64,000 nt of DNA from the sequence record NZ_AP019754.1. The stretch is one strand, 5' to 3'. Within the stretch, counting starts at the first letter, position 1. Each line of letters starts with the position of its first letter. Shown here piece after piece: positions 59,037 to 64,000 of this stretch. Origin of the DNA: a plasmid. Under the pieces are notes generated by a model. The model was not told the DNA's origin. It did no database searches and saw only the letters and a list, made by a program, of their open reading frames with translations. The position numbers and the translations under genes were made by a program.

Positions 59037-60559
59037 TTCACCCATTGCATATCACGCAGGCCAAAATGGCGTTCAAACGGATCCAGCGTGACCGAGGTGA
59101 GGCTGGCATTAACTGCCGCTGACTGCTGATACCAGGCGATGGGAATAACCGGCAAATCGCGCTGGAAAGCCGTAGTAATGACCTCTCTGGCCTTTTGTCG
59201 CACCGCAGGATCATGACTCTGCGATAGCGTACCGAGCGCCTCGTTAAAGGCCTTGTCGTGCCAGTTCATTGCTCCCCAGTCACCGCCTTGAGGGCCATAA
59301 TCCTGAAGCAGCGTACCGGTGGGATCGGGCGTTAAAGCAAAATTACGGGCGAACAGCGCCATCTGCAGGCTCCCGTCGTGATGACGAGCGGGGATTTCAC
59401 TGGAGTTAGTTGAATTAATGACGACATCGATTCCGATCTGACGCAGCTGCTGTTGGATCACCATCGCGATGAGCGGCAATTCAGGACGGTCCGGATAGGT
59501 CAGCAGCGTGAGCGTAAAACGCTGTCCATTACGGATCAGTATCCCATCCTGACCGGCTTGCCAGCCTGACTGCGTAAGCAATGCTGTTGCACGCTGTGGT
59601 GAGTAATCCAGCGCGGGCAATGCCGGATTGTGCCACTCGGCCATCGAAGGCGGGAACATCTGTGTCGCCGCCCCCGGATAGCGCAAAACCGCATTAGCAA
59701 GCGCACTCCGGTTAATCGCCAGGCTTAACGCCTCGCGCGTGGTGTGGTCGCTGAGAAAGGGATGTGCCAGATTCAGTTTGAGCATCACCGTTCGTGGAAC
59801 GGAAACGGTAAGCAGCTGCAGAGATCTTTTATGTGACAGGCGCTGCCGACTGGCGGCATCAAGGTTAAAAACATAATCGGCGTCTCCGCTTTCAGCCAGC
59901 AGTGCGCGTGTTTCAGCGCGTCCCGCAGATAAAAATTCAGCGCCAGCGATGGCCGGTTTTTTCCCCCAGTAACCCTCAAATCTCTTTACGCTCAGCGCCT
60001 GAGGCGGCTGAAAACTCACCAGCTGAAACGGACCGCTGCCAATGATCCGCGTGACAGCGTTCGTGTTATCCCATGATGCCAGCGCCAGAATTTGTGAACG
60101 ACTTTCTGCCAGCACCGCCAGTAGCGGTGTAAAAGGTTCACTGAGTGTGATGGTGACCTGTCGATCTTCACCCACGATCGACGTTATCGGTGCCTTATCC
60201 AGCAAGCCCGGCTTACCGCGGGCGATGTTAAGTGATTTCACCACGCTTTCAGCAGTAACAGGGGAACCGTCGTGAAAATGGGCGCCTGGACGCAGTGTAA
60301 AGCGCCATTGCAGACCATCCGGAGAAGCCTGCCAGCTCTCTGCAAGCGCTGGAACAGGGGCTCCTTTAGCATCCGTCTCCACCAGCGTTTCCACCACATC
60401 CATGCGGAGTAAAATATCACCCGAAAGAGCGGGATCGGCACCCTTAATTTCAAATGGGGCGGCAATACGGACCGGTTTTGTTTCGGCAGCACCGGCACTC
60501 AAGGAGGCAAATAACAGGCACGCAAGCGTGCTGTGAAGGAGGTGCTTAAGTTGTTTCAT
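59033..60559 (-). CDS. ABC transporter substrate-binding protein, family 5 (peptide/nickel/opine-metallophore type), signal peptide
   Basis: The ORF track starts at GTG 60577; ATG 60559 (MKQLKHLLHSTLACLLFASLSAGAAE) gives a signal peptide. About 508 aa SBP_bac_5 architecture. Confidence 0.8.
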   Translation of the reverse strand: MKQLKHLLHSTLACLLFASLSAGAAETKPVRIAAPFEIKGADPALSGDILLRMDVVETLVETDAKGAPVPALAESWQASPDGLQWRFTLRPGAHFHDGSPVTAESVVKSLNIARGKPGLLDKAPITSIVGEDRQVTITLSEPFTPLLAVLAESRSQILALASWDNTNAVTRIIGSGPFQLVSFQPPQALSVKRFEGYWGKKPAIAGAEFLSAGRAETRALLAESGDADYVFNLDAASRQRLSHKRSLQLLTVSVPRTVMLKLNLAHPFLSDHTTREALSLAINRSALANAVLRYPGAATQMFPPSMAEWHNPALPALDYSPQRATALLTQSGWQAGQDGILIRNGQRFTLTLLTYPDRPELPLIAMVIQQQLRQIGIDVVINSTNSSEIPARHHDGSLQMALFARNFALTPDPTGTLLQDYGPQGGDWGAMNWHDKAFNEALGTLSQSHDPAVRQKAREVITTAFQRDLPVIPIAWYQQSAAVNASLTSVTLDPFERHFGLRDMQWVK

Positions 60560-60590
60560 AATATGTCTTTTAACCACATAATGTTACCCA

Positions 60591-60615
60591 GAAATATTAT
60601 GTTATAACATATCAA
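60591..60615. promoter_or_regulatory. Zur box (zinc uptake regulator operator) upstream of the ABC importer operon
   Basis: gaaatattATGTTATAACATAtcaa contains the 14-bp perfect palindrome TATGTTATAACATA. Matches the gammaproteobacterial Zur consensus GAAATGTTATAwTATAACATTTC. Confidence 0.65.
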
Positions 60616-60726
60616 CCCAAAGCAAAACCCATCTGAACATGTCGAGTCGAAAACGGGATAGTCACTCAGCAGTTTCACGATCCTGTGTTTTGCTATTCCT
60701 GACAAACAGTGTTGAAAATCACCGCC

Positions 60727-60751
60727 ATTTTGTTATGTTATAACATATTAA
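60727..60751. promoter_or_regulatory. second Zur box, upstream of the divergent zigA-like gene
   Basis: ttttgtTATGTTATAACATAttaaa: the same 16-bp core TTATGTTATAACATAT as box 1, 26 bp upstream of the zigA start. Confidence 0.65.
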
Positions 60752-60776
60752 ATGACACTGATTTTAAGGATCTCTC

Positions 60777-62009
60777 ATGGCGCTTCATTCCTTACCGGAC
60801 TCACCCGATCCCCGCTTGCCTGTTTCTGTACTGTCAGGATTTCTCGGCGCAGGTAAAACGACACTGCTAAATCACATTCTTAATAATCGCGAGGGTCGAC
60901 GCATTGCAGTGATTGTTAACGATATGTCTGAAGTCAACATTGATGCGGCGTTGGTGCGTAATGGCGGAGCTGAACTCTCTCGTACCGACGAAAAGCTGGT
61001 GGAAATGAGCAATGGCTGCATATGCTGCACCCTTCGTGAAGACCTGTTACTGGAGGTCAAACGGCTGGCGCAGGAAGGCCGCTTTGATCATCTTGTCATA
61101 GAATCGACCGGCATCTCTGAGCCGCTTCCGGTTGCAGAAACCTTCACCTTCGCCGATGAGGACGGGGAGAGTTTATCCACTATTGCGCGGTTAGATACCA
61201 TGGTCACCGTCGTAGATGGGTATAACTTCCTTCAGGATTACCGTTCGGTCGACTCGCTTCAGGCACGAGGAGAATCTCTTGGGGCAGAAGATGAGCGATC
61301 TGTCGTCGATCTTCTGGTCGATCAAATCGAATTCTGTGATGTGCTGGTGGTTAATAAGACTGACCTCATCACGGAGGATGAGCAACGGACGCTTAAAGCG
61401 ATGTTACATTCGCTGAATCCACGAGCGCGTATCATCACCAGCCACTTTGGTAACGTTCCCCTTGATCAGGTACTGGATACCGGTCTGTTTGACTTTGATC
61501 AGGCTGCACAGGCACCGGGTTGGCTGAAAGAGCTGCGCGGCGAGCATCAGCCTGAAACAGAAGAGTATGGTATTCGCAGTTTTGTTTACCGTGCCAGGCG
61601 CCCTTTTCATCCAGAACGTTTCTGGCATGCTGTTAACCACCAGCTTGATGGCGTCATTCGCTCGAAAGGCTATTTCTGGCTGGCCAGCCGTCCGGAATAT
61701 GCGGCGATGTGGTCACAGGCCGGTGCGGTCGCACAGCATGGTTATGCCGGGAGCTGGTGGGCCAGCATTCCGCGGGACAAATGGCCCAGAGACAGCGAGT
61801 CTCTGAATTTTATTGCTGAGAACTGGCTGGATGGGATTGGCGATGCCCGACAGGAACTGGTTTTTATCGGCATTGAAATGGATGAAGATCAGGTGCGCAG
61901 CGCGCTTGACGCTGCGCTGTTAACGCCGCTGGAAATGGCTCAGGGCCCCGAATACTGGGTAACGCTTCCGGATCCCATGCCGGGCTGGTTTGGTGATGCT
62001 GATTCCTGA
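60777..62009 (+). CDS. zigA: COG0523 GTPase, zinc metallochaperone (ZigA/Zng1/YeiR-YjiA family)
   Basis: 410 aa. P-loop GFLGAGKTT. CxCC metal motif GCICCTLRE. CobW C-terminal domain. AAGGA RBS. Zur box immediately upstream. Confidence 0.8.
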   Translation: MALHSLPDSPDPRLPVSVLSGFLGAGKTTLLNHILNNREGRRIAVIVNDMSEVNIDAALVRNGGAELSRTDEKLVEMSNGCICCTLREDLLLEVKRLAQEGRFDHLVIESTGISEPLPVAETFTFADEDGESLSTIARLDTMVTVVDGYNFLQDYRSVDSLQARGESLGAEDERSVVDLLVDQIEFCDVLVVNKTDLITEDEQRTLKAMLHSLNPRARIITSHFGNVPLDQVLDTGLFDFDQAAQAPGWLKELRGEHQPETEEYGIRSFVYRARRPFHPERFWHAVNHQLDGVIRSKGYFWLASRPEYAAMWSQAGAVAQHGYAGSWWASIPRDKWPRDSESLNFIAENWLDGIGDARQELVFIGIEMDEDQVRSALDAALLTPLEMAQGPEYWVTLPDPMPGWFGDADS

Positions 62010-62089
62010 TCGTTATATCCTGAGTGCATCCTCTGACTCGCAATAGAAAACCCGTTTGTCTGTTCTGCATGAAGGCTGAAAGTGATAAG

Positions 62090-62125
62090 AAACAGGCGCA
62101 TTGTCATGCGCCTGTTTTATTGTTG
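62090..62125. terminator. rho-independent terminator (bidirectional) between zigA and sad
   Basis: aAACAGGCGCAttgtcaTGCGCCTGTTttattg. Confidence 0.65.
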
Positions 62126-62150
62126 TTGTCGCCAGAAGCCAGAACGTGGA

Positions 62151-63521
62151 TTACCGACGGTTTTTCCAAATCGTCTGCACATTACAGAACTCATGCACAC
62201 CAAAATGTGACAGTTCGCGGCCATAGCCACTCTTTTTCACACCACCAATGGTGACGCGCGGATCTGAAGCGCCATTGCCATTAATAAACACAGCGCCCAC
62301 TTCCAGCTCTTCACTCATCCGGGCAGCCATATGCTCATCGCCTGTCCAGACGGTCGCGCTCAGCCCAAAGTCGCTGTTATTGGCGATTTCCAGAGCGTGC
62401 TCCGCATCCCGGGCCACGGCAATCGCCGCTACCGGACCAAACAGCTCTTGCCGGAAGGCGGTCATTTCGCTGGTGACGTCTGAAAGGATGGTGGGGGCGT
62501 AATAGTTGCCCTGCCCTGCTATTTTCTCACCGCCTAACACCAACCGGGCACCCTCACGCAGGCTGGCTTGTACCTGCTGATCCAGCTCATCACGCAGATC
62601 GGCGCGGGCCATTGGGCCGATATAGGTGTCCTCATTCAAAGGATCGCCGATTTTAAGCGCTTTGACAGCCTCTACAAAACGGGCCTCAAATGCCTCTGCG
62701 ATGGATGCCTCAATGATGAACCGTTTAGCCGCCATACAGACCTGTCCGGTATTCTGATAACGGCCTGTCACCGCAGATTTCACCGCTTCATCGAGGTCTG
62801 CATCAGCCAGCACGATGAAAGGATCTGATCCGCCCAGTTCCAGCACGGTCTTTTTCAACGCCGCGCCCGCCTGTGCTGCGATCGCTGCACCAGCCCGAAC
62901 ACTGCCTGTTACTGCGACTGCAGCAATACGATCATCTTTGATAGCGGTTGAGACACCTTCGTTATCAACGTTAATCAGATTAAAACCGCCCTTTGGCAGG
63001 TCGGTTGCATCAAATAACTCAGCCATCAGCGTTGCGCTTCCCATGACGTTGGGCGCGTGTTTAAGCAGATAGGTGTTACCCGCCAGCAGCATGCCTACGG
63101 CGCCGCGCAGAACCTGCCAGAAGGGGAAATTCCACGGCATGACGGCCAGTATCACGCCTATAGGGCGAAAGGACTGCCACGCATCAGGTACTTGTGATGG
63201 CTGGTCTTCCAGCATCGCAGGTCCAAATTCTGCATACCAGTCACACAGATTGGCGCATTTCAGGATCTCCGCTCTCGCCTGCGCCACGGGTTTACCCATC
63301 TCGAGGGTAATCATGCGTGTCAGTTCAGGCTCGCGTTCACGAAGCTGATGACCAAGCTGGCGAAGCACCGTTACGCGTGATGCCATGCTGCTTTTTCGCC
63401 ATTTTTTAAACGCGGCCGCGCTGGTGCTTAATGCCTGTTCCAGTTCAGCTGTGTTCTGCATGGGATAGCTGGCAAGAATGTCACCCGTGGTTGGATTACG
63501 TGACACGGCAAAGTCAGTCAT
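62151..63521 (-). CDS. sad: NAD+-dependent succinate-semialdehyde dehydrogenase
   Basis: 456 aa; colinear with E. coli Sad/YneI (MPWNFP.WQV.RGAV, VTGSVRAGAAI.AQAGAALKK.VLELGGSDPFIVL.DADL, GQVC.AAKRFI.E, catalytic Cys and Glu contexts). Confidence 0.85.
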   Translation of the reverse strand: MTDFAVSRNPTTGDILASYPMQNTAELEQALSTSAAAFKKWRKSSMASRVTVLRQLGHQLREREPELTRMITLEMGKPVAQARAEILKCANLCDWYAEFGPAMLEDQPSQVPDAWQSFRPIGVILAVMPWNFPFWQVLRGAVGMLLAGNTYLLKHAPNVMGSATLMAELFDATDLPKGGFNLINVDNEGVSTAIKDDRIAAVAVTGSVRAGAAIAAQAGAALKKTVLELGGSDPFIVLADADLDEAVKSAVTGRYQNTGQVCMAAKRFIIEASIAEAFEARFVEAVKALKIGDPLNEDTYIGPMARADLRDELDQQVQASLREGARLVLGGEKIAGQGNYYAPTILSDVTSEMTAFRQELFGPVAAIAVARDAEHALEIANNSDFGLSATVWTGDEHMAARMSEELEVGAVFINGNGASDPRVTIGGVKKSGYGRELSHFGVHEFCNVQTIWKNRR

Positions 63522-63860
63522 GGTTTCGATCCTTTTCAGTAAGTGATGTTGTCACCATACGCCGGGATAATGCTGATGAAAAATGAATAATGCTGAGCAA
63601 GTTGTTTATAAAAAATGAAGTGATCGCTTTGTCACGCCAGGTTTCGCTCAGGCGAACACCACGAGCAGCGCGTTACTATTTTGGCAGAACGGATCCGGAC
63701 AGACGGCTGGATAACGTGAATGCCATATGTGTTTCAGGCAAGTTATCCACTTATACAGTGAATAGTTCCTATATAACGATCATAAAGAGATCCCTTATAG
63801 ATCCAAAGAGATCCCCGATCGTCGCAGGCCGCACCACACAAGGGCTGAGAGGGGGTTTGC

Positions 63861-63960
63861 ATTCACTGTAATCAGTAAAGTATTCACTGTAATCAGTACT
63901 TTATTCACTATACACAGTAGAATGTTCACTATAATCAGTGCTAATGTTCACTGTAATCAG
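63861..63960. repeat. array of five direct repeats (core (A/G)TTCACT(G/A)TAATCAGT) at 21-22-bp spacing, at the window edge
   Basis: Units begin at 63861, 63882, 63903, 63924 and 63946; the third is degenerate (attcactatacacagt). Read directly from the sequence. Confidence 0.7.
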
Positions 63961-64000
63961 AAAACGATCCTTTTCATCCACAGAATGAAGATCTTATCCA

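Noticed and set aside
62024-62254. 76-aa plus-strand ORF after zigA
   Set aside because: Overlaps the zigA terminator hairpin and the 3' end of sad on the opposite strand. His-rich low-complexity translation with no RBS.
63861-63960. Possible CRISPR array
   Set aside because: The repeat core is only about 15 bp with roughly 6-bp gaps, far shorter than CRISPR repeats and spacers. No cas genes and no leader are present. Interpreted as an iteron or binding-site array instead.

Overview
This looks like a Pantoea-type (Erwiniaceae) chromosomal segment, about 55% GC with AT-rich intergenic islands. The organism call rests on a complete crtE-crtX-crtY-crtI-crtB carotenoid operon with a convergent, overlapping crtZ at 39.6-45.9 kb, which is the classic Pantoea zeaxanthin-diglucoside cluster.

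The rest of the window is mostly metabolic and transport genes:
- Start of window: a partial membrane-bound gluconate 2-dehydrogenase operon.
- lplA.
- A dat-ddc 1,3-diaminopropane module.
- mqo.
- An Rpn-family nuclease.
- cdh, proP, clcA, a glutaminase.
- A DUF2946/PepSY pair and ytfJ.
- A run of small accessory genes (DsbA-like, ASCH, SnoaL-like, VOC, LysE, GNAT).
- A TPP-riboswitch-controlled thiO-thiS-thiG-thiF(rhodanese fusion) operon.
- azlCD.
- An aldehyde dehydrogenase (sad).

The most interesting parts are:
1. A DcuSR-linked anaerobic C4-dicarboxylate module (12.6-22.7 kb). It replaces the usual dcuB/frdABCD logic with a cytoplasmic ApbE plus a roughly 925-aa three-domain (OYE-like + FMN_bind + FAD_binding_2) NADH-dependent fumarate/2-enoate reductase. 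A TtdT-like DASS antiporter and fumB are read divergently across a 575-bp AT-rich region that carries a perfect FNR-type box.
2. A divergent pair of near-identical Zur-box palindromes (60.59 and 60.73 kb). One sits upstream of a COG0523 zinc metallochaperone (zigA-like). The other sits upstream of a Nik/Opp-type ABC importer (substrate-binding protein, two permeases, fused double ATPase), which is a candidate zinc- or metallophore-uptake system.
3. An orphan 57-aa GhoT/OrtT-family membrane toxin gene (31681-31854) that is absent from the ORF track and has no recognisable GhoS partner.
4. An array of five 21-22-bp direct repeats at the right window edge.

Smaller oddities:
- An alpha/beta hydrolase interrupted by an in-frame TAG.
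- A PepSY-TM protein carrying a DUF3325-like C-terminal fusion.
- A TMD-only ABC exporter protein with no ATPase partner.
- A ThiF-rhodanese fusion.
- A CxxS DsbA-like protein.

The ORF track uses TTG/GTG as well as ATG starts. Where an in-frame ATG with a Shine-Dalgarno sequence was evident, I give that start instead. Coordinates of non-CDS features are good to within a few bases.
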